From Myxococcota bacterium (GTDB lineage: Bacteria; Myxococcota_A; UBA9160; UBA4427): a stretch of DNA of 64,000 nt. The notes beneath the pieces are model-generated. The model was given only the letters and a program-made list of their open reading frames with translations. It had not been told where the DNA came from and did not search any database. The position numbers were made by a program, and so were the translations under genes. The DNA lies in contig JAQWNI010000248.1 in NCBI GenBank assembly GCA_029268645.1, forward strand, positions 4,346 through 68,345, read 5' to 3'. This document shows, one piece after another, positions 48,390 to 56,920 of this stretch. How positions within the stretch are numbered: the first letter of the stretch is position 1; each line of letters starts with the position of its first letter.

Positions 48390-50048
48390 GTGTCCTGGGG
48401 CGCCTTTGTCCTCCTAGGTCTGGTTCTGTATTCGCCGGTTCTGGACGGAGCCTTCATCTCTGACGATTCGCATTACGTATTGAAGAATCAGTACGTCCAC
48501 GACTTCACCCTGGACAACCTCGTAGCGATCTGGGACCCCACCAGCGAAGTCGCTGTGCTGGTCGAGAACTATGCGCCGGTGCACCTGACGCTGCATTCCC
48601 TTGAATGGCAGATGTTTGGGTCCGAGGTGACGGGGTATCACGTCGTGAATCTCGTGCTGCACGCCTGGGCCGCCGCTCTTTTGATCCTGCTTTATCGGCG
48701 GAGTGGTCTAGGGCCCTGGGTGGCCTGGGCGGGAGCGGCTTGGTTTTTTCTGCATCCGGGAAACGTCGAGTCAGTGGCCTGGATCTCGCAGCTGAAAAGT
48801 TCGGCGGCGTTGGTTCTCTCCTTGCTGGCCATTCTCGCTCACCCCGCTCGACCGCTGATGGCGCTGATTGGCTTCACGTTGGCGCTTTTTGCCAAGCCGT
48901 TTTCAGCTTTTGCTTTGCCGGTCGTGGTGCTTTTCGGCTGGTGTAGAGGGCGTAGGGTTCGAGAGGCGGGCGAAAAGGAGATCTCATTTCGCTGGGAGTG
49001 GTTGGCGGGCTGGATTTTCGTGGTGATGTTCTTTGCCTGGGTGGAATCGGCGGCGTTTGGTCAGTCCGCGGGCCTCTCGCCACCTCTGTATGCCGAGCTT
49101 GATGTCCGGTATATGACCATTTTTTCGGTATTCATCCGCTACGCCTGGATGAGTCTCAGCGGAACGGGCCTCTCGACTTTCCACGAGCCCCCGCCGGTTG
49201 TGAACCCCTGGGACCCCTTCTTCCTGGCCGGATTAGTTTTGATGATGCTGCTGGGTTGGAGAACCGTCGTCACCTTGCGCAGAGGGAGTGAGGAGTCAGT
49301 CTGGTGGCTCTGGGCGGCCATTGCCTTTGCTCCGCTTTCGGGAGTTTTGCCTCTGCCCTATCCGATGGCCGATCGGTATCTCTACTTCGTACTCCCCGGC
49401 CTCATCGGTGGGAGCTGTCTGGCGTGGCAAGACACGGTGAATCCTTGGCTCGCCGAAGTTCTCGACCCGGAACGGAGAGATCGGCTGAGGCAGGGTCTTG
49501 TCGGGGCGTTCATACTTTGGCTGCTCTGGTTCTCTTGGCAAACCTATGAGCAGGCCCCGGTTTACCGATCCGCCGAAGCTTTGATGGCCGAAGCGGAACG
49601 GAACTATCCGGAAGGCGCGGCGTCACAGATTCGACGGGCCGGTCGCGAGGCCGCACTCGGAAATGTGGCGGTGGCGGTTGAGCACCTCCGCGCTGCGCGC
49701 GCGAGAGGCTATAACCGGGTTGACCATTTGATTGGTGACCAACGCTATGACTCGTTGCGTTCGGATCCGGGATTTATCGCGCTCCGAGACGAGATGGCCG
49801 ATGACTGGATCATCCGACTTGAATTGGATCCGGACCCCTCCCATTATAAGGCGCGGGCTTTGGCGCAGGCCTATGTGGCCAAAGGCGACCTTCGCGGTGC
49901 ATTGGAAGTGATTGAGGGTGCGGCCGCTCGACCGGGTCCGATTGGAGATGGACTGCGCTCCGATGCGGAGCAGTTGCGCTCTCAGATCGCCTTCGAGGAT
50001 CGGCTCGAAGCGGAAAGGAAACGGCTGAGAGCGCGAAGGTCGGACTGA
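48390..50048 (+). CDS. TMTC-like GT-C glycosyltransferase with TPR-like C-terminus
   Basis: FISDD, GYHVVNLVLH, LHPGNVESVAWIS, FAK, MADRYLY. Confidence 0.78.
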   Translation: MSWGAFVLLGLVLYSPVLDGAFISDDSHYVLKNQYVHDFTLDNLVAIWDPTSEVAVLVENYAPVHLTLHSLEWQMFGSEVTGYHVVNLVLHAWAAALLILLYRRSGLGPWVAWAGAAWFFLHPGNVESVAWISQLKSSAALVLSLLAILAHPARPLMALIGFTLALFAKPFSAFALPVVVLFGWCRGRRVREAGEKEISFRWEWLAGWIFVVMFFAWVESAAFGQSAGLSPPLYAELDVRYMTIFSVFIRYAWMSLSGTGLSTFHEPPPVVNPWDPFFLAGLVLMMLLGWRTVVTLRRGSEESVWWLWAAIAFAPLSGVLPLPYPMADRYLYFVLPGLIGGSCLAWQDTVNPWLAEVLDPERRDRLRQGLVGAFILWLLWFSWQTYEQAPVYRSAEALMAEAERNYPEGAASQIRRAGREAALGNVAVAVEHLRAARARGYNRVDHLIGDQRYDSLRSDPGFIALRDEMADDWIIRLELDPDPSHYKARALAQAYVAKGDLRGALEVIEGAAARPGPIGDGLRSDAEQLRSQIAFEDRLEAERKRLRARRSD

Positions 50049-50057
50049 CCGACGAGA

Positions 50058-52577
50058 TCAGGAGGTCGAAGCAGACTTTTCGTGCGCTGGGCGCGTTTGA
50101 TCGAGGCGGTTGAGTGATTGCGTAGCGGGGGGGAAGCCCGGGGTGACTCTGAGGGCTTCCGAAAGGGCCTGTCGGGCCTCGTCAGGCCGTTCGAGTTCGA
50201 TGAGCGCGAGGCCCAGGTGGTACCAGTACTCTGCGCGAGGCGGATCCGCCTCCCCGGTCACGAATCGGAACTGCCAGTAAGCCGCTTCGTAGGCCCCGGA
50301 TCGGAGGTACACATAGCCGAGGGTATCGGCTGTGGTGAGGTTTCTATCCGATCCATCGACGGCTAGGCGGGCGAGTTCAAGCGCGCGTTCGAAGTCCTCC
50401 CCTTCAAGGGCCAGGAGGTGGGCGAGGTCGTTTTTTAAAATGATCAACTCGCTGCCCTCAAGGAGAGCCTGCTCATACAGCGTACGAGCATGTTCGAGTT
50501 GGTCGTTTCGCAAATAAAGGTGGGCCAGGAGAGCAAGGTCGTCAGGGCTGATTTCGCCCCGCGCCTTTTGCGATTCCAATGCTTGAATGGCCGCCCTGCG
50601 CCGGAGGGGCGTCGCAGAGACCTCGATGATGAGCGAGTAGGCCTCGTCCCGGTGCCTCGGATTGAGGGAGGCTGCTTTTTGGGCATCCTTGATGGCGTCA
50701 TCGGTTCGTCCGAGGGCTTTCCAAATCTCAGCCCGAACCAGGTAGAGGCCCCCAGCGCGCGGTCTACGCTGGATGGCTCGTGTGACTCGAGCAACCGCCG
50801 CCGCATTTCGCCCGCGGCCCAGGTCGTCCCGGCTCAGAACTTCTAGGAGCTCGACGTTCTCGGGATAACGCTGGTAGACGGAAGCCAGCAGCGTCCGAAC
50901 CTTTTCTTGACGGCTGGGGTTTTGCAATTCCCAACGTGCGAGGGCGAGCGCCGCCTGTGGCTCGGGATTGGGGCCGTCCAGCAGGCCTTCGAGAATTCGG
51001 CGCCCGTGCAATTCTCCTTTCGACTCGTAGTATCCCCGCGCCATCAAGAGTCGCTCGTCGATGGTCAGGTTCTCTTTTTCGGCAATTTCTCCAAATGAAA
51101 GAGCCGCTTCCCGCCCCCGACCGATTTCAAGCAGGACGCGGGCTTTGATTCGCAGGTTGGGTGTCGTTCGACCGTCGAGCTCGATGGCTTTTTCAATGGC
51201 CGACAGAGCCTTTTCATGAGCCGCGCTCTGGTGTTCGATCTGGGCGATCAATCGCCATGCTTGACTGGTAGGAGCCTCTCGTCTAATCAGCGCTTGGAGG
51301 GTTACAAGGGCTTCCTGTAGGTGCCGCTCCGCGATCTGTTGCTCGGCGATCAGTAGGGTGGTGGAGGCGCTGTCCGGGTAGGCTTTTTGAACCTTCGATA
51401 AGGTTCGCGCCGAATCGGCATAGCGCCCTTGGCCGATCTGAACGTGAAAGACGGCGGTCCAGAGCGGCTCGCTTTCGCCTCCCCGCTCGACCTGATCATT
51501 CAAGTAGGCGACGGCTGCGACCGGGTTTCCGCTTCGGGCGAGGTGTCTCGCGTAGGCAATTTGAACGTCGGTTCCGTGCCCGAGCGTTTTAAACATGTCT
51601 TCAAAGAGCTGATCTTTCGCCTCCGAATTGCCCTGCGCACTGAGGATCGTGGCGAGCCGGGTCCACGTCGCGAGCTGTTGAGGGTTGTTTCGGATCGATT
51701 CTTCGAGGGCGAGTTTTTCGAGTTCCAAGTCGCGGGTACTTCTGCCGTAGGCGGCGGCGGCTTCGAGGGCACGCATCTTTTCGTCGGGGGATCCCTCGGC
51801 GATGGCGATCGAGATCAAATCCCCGTAGGCCCTGCGGGCTTCGGGCGTTCCGGAAGCCCAAGCCTTGAAAGCCCGGGCACGTCCGAGCGCGGCTCCCACT
51901 CGGCGGGTCCCACCTTTTTGGAGATAACGATTGTATGCCGCAAGGATCGCGTTCAGTGGCTCTGACCGTTGTAACGAACTCGCGGAGAGGAGCGTGAGAT
52001 TGCGTGACTGGATCAGGAGCAATTCGGCGAGGGCCCACTCGATATCGGGATCGTCGGGTTGGATGCGCCGAGCTTGTTCAATGATTCGGTGCGCCTCGCG
52101 TGTCTTTCCACTCGACAACAACAAGCGGGCTTGGACGAGGAGGGCTTCAGCCTGTTGGGGTTCCGTTTCGAGGATCGCGTTGATCAGCGAGGTCGCTTGC
52201 TCGGGATCCGAATCGGCGAGCGTGCCTGCGTAGTCGATGGCGACTCGCAGGTCCGTGGGGTCTAAGGCATAGGCTTCTTTGTAGTATTCGCGAGCACTCG
52301 TTTGGTCGCCCGCTTTGGAAAATGTTTCCGCGATTTTGACGGTGAGGGCCCGATCTTCGGGGTGAATCTGGGACGCGGCCCGCAGTTCCAGTACGGCCTC
52401 CGCGTAGCGGCCCTCCTCGATCAGCACGTTTGCCCGGGAGGCGTGCTGATCGGCCCGGTTTGCTCCCGACCCGCATGCGATTGCGAAAGCCAAGAGGGCT
52501 GTGAAGAGGATTGGCTGCCGCCGACTCGGCAACTGGCTTCGACCCGTCGCGGTGTTCGATGTGTCCAGTCGGTTCAC
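50058..52577 (-). CDS. TPR-repeat lipoprotein (PrsT-like)
   Basis: Lipobox-like AIAC, TPR repeats throughout, NDLA...ADTLGYVY...YHLG. Confidence 0.8.
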   Translation of the reverse strand: MNRLDTSNTATGRSQLPSRRQPILFTALLAFAIACGSGANRADQHASRANVLIEEGRYAEAVLELRAASQIHPEDRALTVKIAETFSKAGDQTSAREYYKEAYALDPTDLRVAIDYAGTLADSDPEQATSLINAILETEPQQAEALLVQARLLLSSGKTREAHRIIEQARRIQPDDPDIEWALAELLLIQSRNLTLLSASSLQRSEPLNAILAAYNRYLQKGGTRRVGAALGRARAFKAWASGTPEARRAYGDLISIAIAEGSPDEKMRALEAAAAYGRSTRDLELEKLALEESIRNNPQQLATWTRLATILSAQGNSEAKDQLFEDMFKTLGHGTDVQIAYARHLARSGNPVAAVAYLNDQVERGGESEPLWTAVFHVQIGQGRYADSARTLSKVQKAYPDSASTTLLIAEQQIAERHLQEALVTLQALIRREAPTSQAWRLIAQIEHQSAAHEKALSAIEKAIELDGRTTPNLRIKARVLLEIGRGREAALSFGEIAEKENLTIDERLLMARGYYESKGELHGRRILEGLLDGPNPEPQAALALARWELQNPSRQEKVRTLLASVYQRYPENVELLEVLSRDDLGRGRNAAAVARVTRAIQRRPRAGGLYLVRAEIWKALGRTDDAIKDAQKAASLNPRHRDEAYSLIIEVSATPLRRRAAIQALESQKARGEISPDDLALLAHLYLRNDQLEHARTLYEQALLEGSELIILKNDLAHLLALEGEDFERALELARLAVDGSDRNLTTADTLGYVYLRSGAYEAAYWQFRFVTGEADPPRAEYWYHLGLALIELERPDEARQALSEALRVTPGFPPATQSLNRLDQTRPAHEKSASTS

Positions 52578-52585
52578 GGCGGGGC

Positions 52586-55018
52586 TTAAGAACCTTGTAG
52601 GCTGGCGAGTTGAGCACGCGCTGCGGCGGCTTCAGGAAAGTTCGGTTGGCCGAGGGCCCGCGTGAGAGCGGCCCGCGCGCCTTCGGAATCTCCCGCCGCA
52701 GCTCGTGCGAGACCGAGGCGGTAGGCGAGAGACGGAGACTCTGGATAAGAATCCAGGGCTTTTTTGAGGGTGTTGGTCGCCTCGGGGATTTCACCGCGTT
52801 GAATGTAGACATAGCCGAGGGTGTCCAGGGTTTCCGGACTGGTTTGGAAGCGGACCGCTTGCTTGGCCAGTTCTAAAGCGCCGTCAAGTTGCTGGTTCGA
52901 ACTGGCGAGGATCCAGGCGAGGTCGTTGTTTGCGGCGGCGTGGGTCGGGTCCCGGTCTAGTGCGGCCTGCAGGAGCGTTGCCGCTGCCTCTTGGTTGCCC
53001 TGCATCAAGCGTGTCTGGGCGGCCAAATAAAGCGGCTCGGCGCTCGTATCGTCGGCATTGGCGGCGCGTTCGAAGATCGCAATGGCCCCATCGAGGTCAC
53101 CATCGTTTCTTTTCATCGTGCCAATGGCCTCTAGAGAAGGCGCGAACTCGGCATCCAGAGCCAAGGCTTGTTCGAATGCTTCAACCGCCTGGGCCCGCTG
53201 ACCGCTGAGAAGTAGAACTCTCCCCTTGAGATCGATGAGGGTTGGGGATTCCGGGTTCGGTCGAATCGCCTGATCGACAAGGGAAAGCGCACGGCGAGTC
53301 TGACCCAGCGACAAGTAGTCGATGGCCGCAGAACGGATCGCATCGACATTTTCGGGATCGGTCAAATCGAGACCGCTTTCGGTAATAACGACGAGCGCAG
53401 CTTCGGCACCGTCGTTTTCTCTTCGGATTTTTGCGAATTCGACGTACGCGGCGGGATGATGCGAATCCTTGACGCGAAGGTCGTTTAACAGTGACTCAGC
53501 CTTTGAATCGTCGCCGAGGATTTGGGACGATCGAGCGGCGATGACATGAGCGGTCGGCTCGACATAGGGTCGTTTTCGGATGTGACGCTCCGCGAACTGT
53601 TGCGCGAGAATGAGGTCGCCCTGGGAAAAGTGAATGATCGCTAGGCGGAGGGCCGCATCGGTTTCTTCCTCTCCGACGCGCACCGCTTCTCGGTACTCGG
53701 AGAGCGCCCGTTTTTGGTCCCCCAGTTCTTCAGCGGCCATGCCTGCCAAATAACGTCCGCCGGAATTGTTGGGCCATAGGCGGAGTCCAGCGTCGAAGCT
53801 CTCGAGTGCGCTTTGGGCTTGCCCTTGTTTGAGGAGGATCGCGCCGCGGAGCAGGTGCTTATAGGCGGGCTCGTCGAGGCTATCGGCGATTTGCTCTGCC
53901 CGTTCAAAGTTGCCTTCCTCAATGAGCATGTCGGCGAGGGCAAACCGCATGGGTGCCGATACGTTACGGGTTCTCCCCATGGCCTCTTCGAGTGCCTGCC
54001 TCGCTGAGCCCGGATCGCCGCTTTTTCGATTAAAGCTCGCCAACATGCGCCAAGCTTCGGGTGTGTCGAAGAGCTCAACACTTTCCGTTAAGACGGCGCG
54101 AGCCTCGTCGACGCGCCCCTGCCCGTAGAGCAGGTCGGCGTGTTTGGCTCGGAGGCCAAGATCCTCGGGGGTGGTCTCGACGGCTTGGGCCCAGACCTCA
54201 ATCGCTCGATCCGGTTGACCTGTCTCGACGTAGTAATCCGAGGCCCATTGTTGGAGAAATGGGTGGGCGGGGTAGTCACTCAAGCACTGCTGAAAGGTCT
54301 CCTGCGCCTGCTCCTGTTTCTTTCGGCCACTATAGAAATTGGCCAGGGCCGCACACTTTCGGGCGGCGTCGTCCTGGTTATCCGCAAGGGCCGCTTCTTC
54401 CGACATGGCTTGAAAAACGTTCTCTGCTTCGTCGAGTCGATCGAGGTCAATCAGCGCGCTTCCCTTGAGAACCGTGGCGTGATGACTCGTGGGGTCGGTC
54501 TCCAAAATAGTTTCGGCGTCTTCCAGCGCCTTTTCCGGCTTACCGGCGACGAGGTAGGACTTGCCCCGCGTGAACAGGGCGAGCGAGTTTTCGGGTTCGA
54601 CCGCCAGAACTTTTGTTGAGGCCCGTATGGCTTCCTCGTTGGCGCCATTCGTGGCGAGCGTGGTGGCCAGCACCAAGCCAGCGACCACCGCGTAGTCGTC
54701 GTTTTCGGCGGCCTTTTGGAGGGGCCATACGGCCAGACTGGGCCGCCCTGTTTGCCGTAAGGCGATGCCGAGTAAATAGTTCGCTTCCGGGTTCTGGGGC
54801 TCGTCGGCCAACACTTGCCGGAGTGGGGCAATGGAGGGGTCGAACTGGCCGGCTTGATGGAGCGACCGGACTTCCTCGAGTTGGGCCTGGGAATTGCCGC
54901 TGCATCCCACGGCGCTCAAGATTCCGACTCCCAGCAGAGCCAGGGCGAGTGCCGTGAGGTAAGAACCGACTCCCCCCTTCGGAAGATGGCCGAGGTTAAA
55001 TAGGTCTTTCAGATTCAT
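52586..55018 (-). CDS. TPR-repeat lipoprotein (PrsT-like)
   Basis: Lipobox-like AVGC, TPR repeats, NNDLAW...LDTLGYVY...YRLG. Confidence 0.82.
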   Translation of the reverse strand: MNLKDLFNLGHLPKGGVGSYLTALALALLGVGILSAVGCSGNSQAQLEEVRSLHQAGQFDPSIAPLRQVLADEPQNPEANYLLGIALRQTGRPSLAVWPLQKAAENDDYAVVAGLVLATTLATNGANEEAIRASTKVLAVEPENSLALFTRGKSYLVAGKPEKALEDAETILETDPTSHHATVLKGSALIDLDRLDEAENVFQAMSEEAALADNQDDAARKCAALANFYSGRKKQEQAQETFQQCLSDYPAHPFLQQWASDYYVETGQPDRAIEVWAQAVETTPEDLGLRAKHADLLYGQGRVDEARAVLTESVELFDTPEAWRMLASFNRKSGDPGSARQALEEAMGRTRNVSAPMRFALADMLIEEGNFERAEQIADSLDEPAYKHLLRGAILLKQGQAQSALESFDAGLRLWPNNSGGRYLAGMAAEELGDQKRALSEYREAVRVGEEETDAALRLAIIHFSQGDLILAQQFAERHIRKRPYVEPTAHVIAARSSQILGDDSKAESLLNDLRVKDSHHPAAYVEFAKIRRENDGAEAALVVITESGLDLTDPENVDAIRSAAIDYLSLGQTRRALSLVDQAIRPNPESPTLIDLKGRVLLLSGQRAQAVEAFEQALALDAEFAPSLEAIGTMKRNDGDLDGAIAIFERAANADDTSAEPLYLAAQTRLMQGNQEAAATLLQAALDRDPTHAAANNDLAWILASSNQQLDGALELAKQAVRFQTSPETLDTLGYVYIQRGEIPEATNTLKKALDSYPESPSLAYRLGLARAAAGDSEGARAALTRALGQPNFPEAAAARAQLASLQGS

Positions 55019-55655
55019 CGGGCTGGGTGCCTCCGGGGAAAACCGATTTTTTTCAAGAACGCCGAGCGCAGAGGATAAAGTGGTTCGGCTTCACGTTCCA
55101 AACCGTTTCTGCCGGTTTCCTGCGCGCCTCGCACTTTTCGGACGAAGCAGTGCTTCACATAACCGCAACATGGCATAATCCAACTGAGGGAGGCCGCGGA
55201 CTGGACGTGGGTTCCCGTCTGGGTGCGGGTTCGAATCGAGATTCAAATGAAGGCTTAGGTGCCCCCGGGGAAAATCAGGGCCGGCACTCGCCTCCACTTG
55301 TCAATTTACCCTGGGGGATTGGTGGGCGACAAAAAGATTGGGAGCGCCCAGAAAAACGCTGGACAGTTGTGTGATTTCCAATGCAAGATGGAAACATTCC
55401 GGCACGCGTGTCCTTGATTGGATGAGGCGCTCGCGGGTCGGTGCGAAGGGTAGAAGGCGTTTCTCCTCACAGATCAAAGATCAGGGCAGAGTGTAATCCG
55501 GGAGTGGCTCAAAATCTTTCGACACACTTCAGCTTGTGAGGGCACTCACCCAATACCCGAACCAGAAGAGCTCTGACAGTCAGAGTTCGAAAAAAAACGG
55601 GTCAGGCTCAGATGGGCCGGACCCAAAAAAGCAAGACAGGAAAGGGAACCCAGTG

Positions 55656-56651
55656 ATGTTACGAAAATTACTCGGTCTCGTTGCTGCCGCTGCGATGGTG
55701 AGTGCGTTCGCTTCGAACGCCTGGGCCGGAGTCTTCCTCCCGCTCAGCAGTGATCTCAGCGTCAACCTCGGTGGCAACCCGACCATTAGCGTCCCCGGCA
55801 CCTACAACGGGACTGGCTGGGCCACGCTAAGCAACAATGGCTCTGAGCACGATCTGTCTGTTGGTGCGGGCATCTGGAAGGGCTCGGGGATCAATGCCGG
55901 GAACGGCACGGGAACCGCGCTTCTGACGGGTGTGGCGCTGCTCGATAACTTGACTCTCTCTGTGACCAACCAGGCCGGTAACTTGACCGCGAGCTTCAGC
56001 ACCGCGAATCCGGTGGGCGGTGGCTTGACCGGGACCGCAACTACGCCCAGTTCTGCCACGCTCTGCCCCTCGGGTTGCTTGGGCGGCCAGCAGGGACTCA
56101 GCGGCAACGTGTTCCTGTACGCATTGGGCGGCAGCTTGCCCTTCCCGCTGAACCCCTCAGCGACTGTGGGTGTAGGCATCGGTGGGACCACTACCGTCAT
56201 GCTGGGTACGGTCCCGATTGTTGTGACCAACGCTCCGTGGATCACCGGCAAGGTGCGAATCACCTCCTTGACCACCAACGTGATCCAGGTTGTGCGCAAC
56301 GCAACCGCCATAACGGGTGTCGGTGTCACGCTGGCTCCGGAAGGCACGGAAGACGTCCGAACGTTCACCACGGGTCTCGGCTGGCGCTCAACGGCGAGCA
56401 CTAACCCGATCGAGACGCGCGGTACGGTGACCGTCGGCGGGACGAACATCCTGGCCTCGGCTTCCGCCGGTGGTGCGGTCACTTTGATCTCGCCGCAGCG
56501 CATCAACACTGGTCCGATCGGCCTGGGCAACATCCCGGCGGTTTGGCGCGAACAGTTCCTGTTCGTGCCCGAGCCCGGAACTGTCCTGCTGCTGGTATCG
56601 GGTGCTGCTGGCCTCGTGGTCATCGGCCGGAACCGGATGAAGCGCAAGTAG
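55656..56651 (+). CDS. PEP-CTERM sorting-domain surface protein
   Basis: Sec signal ending AWA, Thr/Gly/Ser-rich body, C-terminal VPEPG, TM helix, then RNRMKRK. Confidence 0.92.
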   Translation: MLRKLLGLVAAAAMVSAFASNAWAGVFLPLSSDLSVNLGGNPTISVPGTYNGTGWATLSNNGSEHDLSVGAGIWKGSGINAGNGTGTALLTGVALLDNLTLSVTNQAGNLTASFSTANPVGGGLTGTATTPSSATLCPSGCLGGQQGLSGNVFLYALGGSLPFPLNPSATVGVGIGGTTTVMLGTVPIVVTNAPWITGKVRITSLTTNVIQVVRNATAITGVGVTLAPEGTEDVRTFTTGLGWRSTASTNPIETRGTVTVGGTNILASASAGGAVTLISPQRINTGPIGLGNIPAVWREQFLFVPEPGTVLLLVSGAAGLVVIGRNRMKRK

Positions 56652-56680
56652 GATTGCTGTAGCTCCCTCGGGAGCTGAGC

Positions 56681-56719
56681 AAGGCGGCCATCCCGATCCG
56701 GGGTGGCCGCCTTTTTTTT
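56681..56719 (+). terminator. Rho-independent terminator
   Basis: GGCGGCCATCCCG-ATC-CGGGGTGGCCGCC followed by T8. Confidence 0.92.
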
Positions 56720-56920
56720 GCTTAGGCAGGTCCCCCCTCTGACCCTTCAGCGATCGCAAGAAGTCCGGTGCTTTACATCGCGTCTCGAGGGAGGCTCGCT
56801 CTGCCATGGGGTTCGCTGGTGTGATTGTCTAGAGTCTGCCCGAGGGTTGGACCGATAAGCTGTTCCGAATTGCGATCCGGGCATTGATGTCCGCGCTGGT
56901 TTTGGAAGGAGGCGTGAAGG

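Noticed and set aside
55019-55460. Sigma54 promoter expected for PEP-CTERM genes, and a 115-aa ORF
   Set aside because: The + strand GGCAC/GGCAT candidates lack GC at -12; the ORF has no protein-like features
55802-56647. 281-aa antisense ORF over the PEP-CTERM gene
   Set aside because: Shadow ORF produced by codon bias of the sense gene; no motifs
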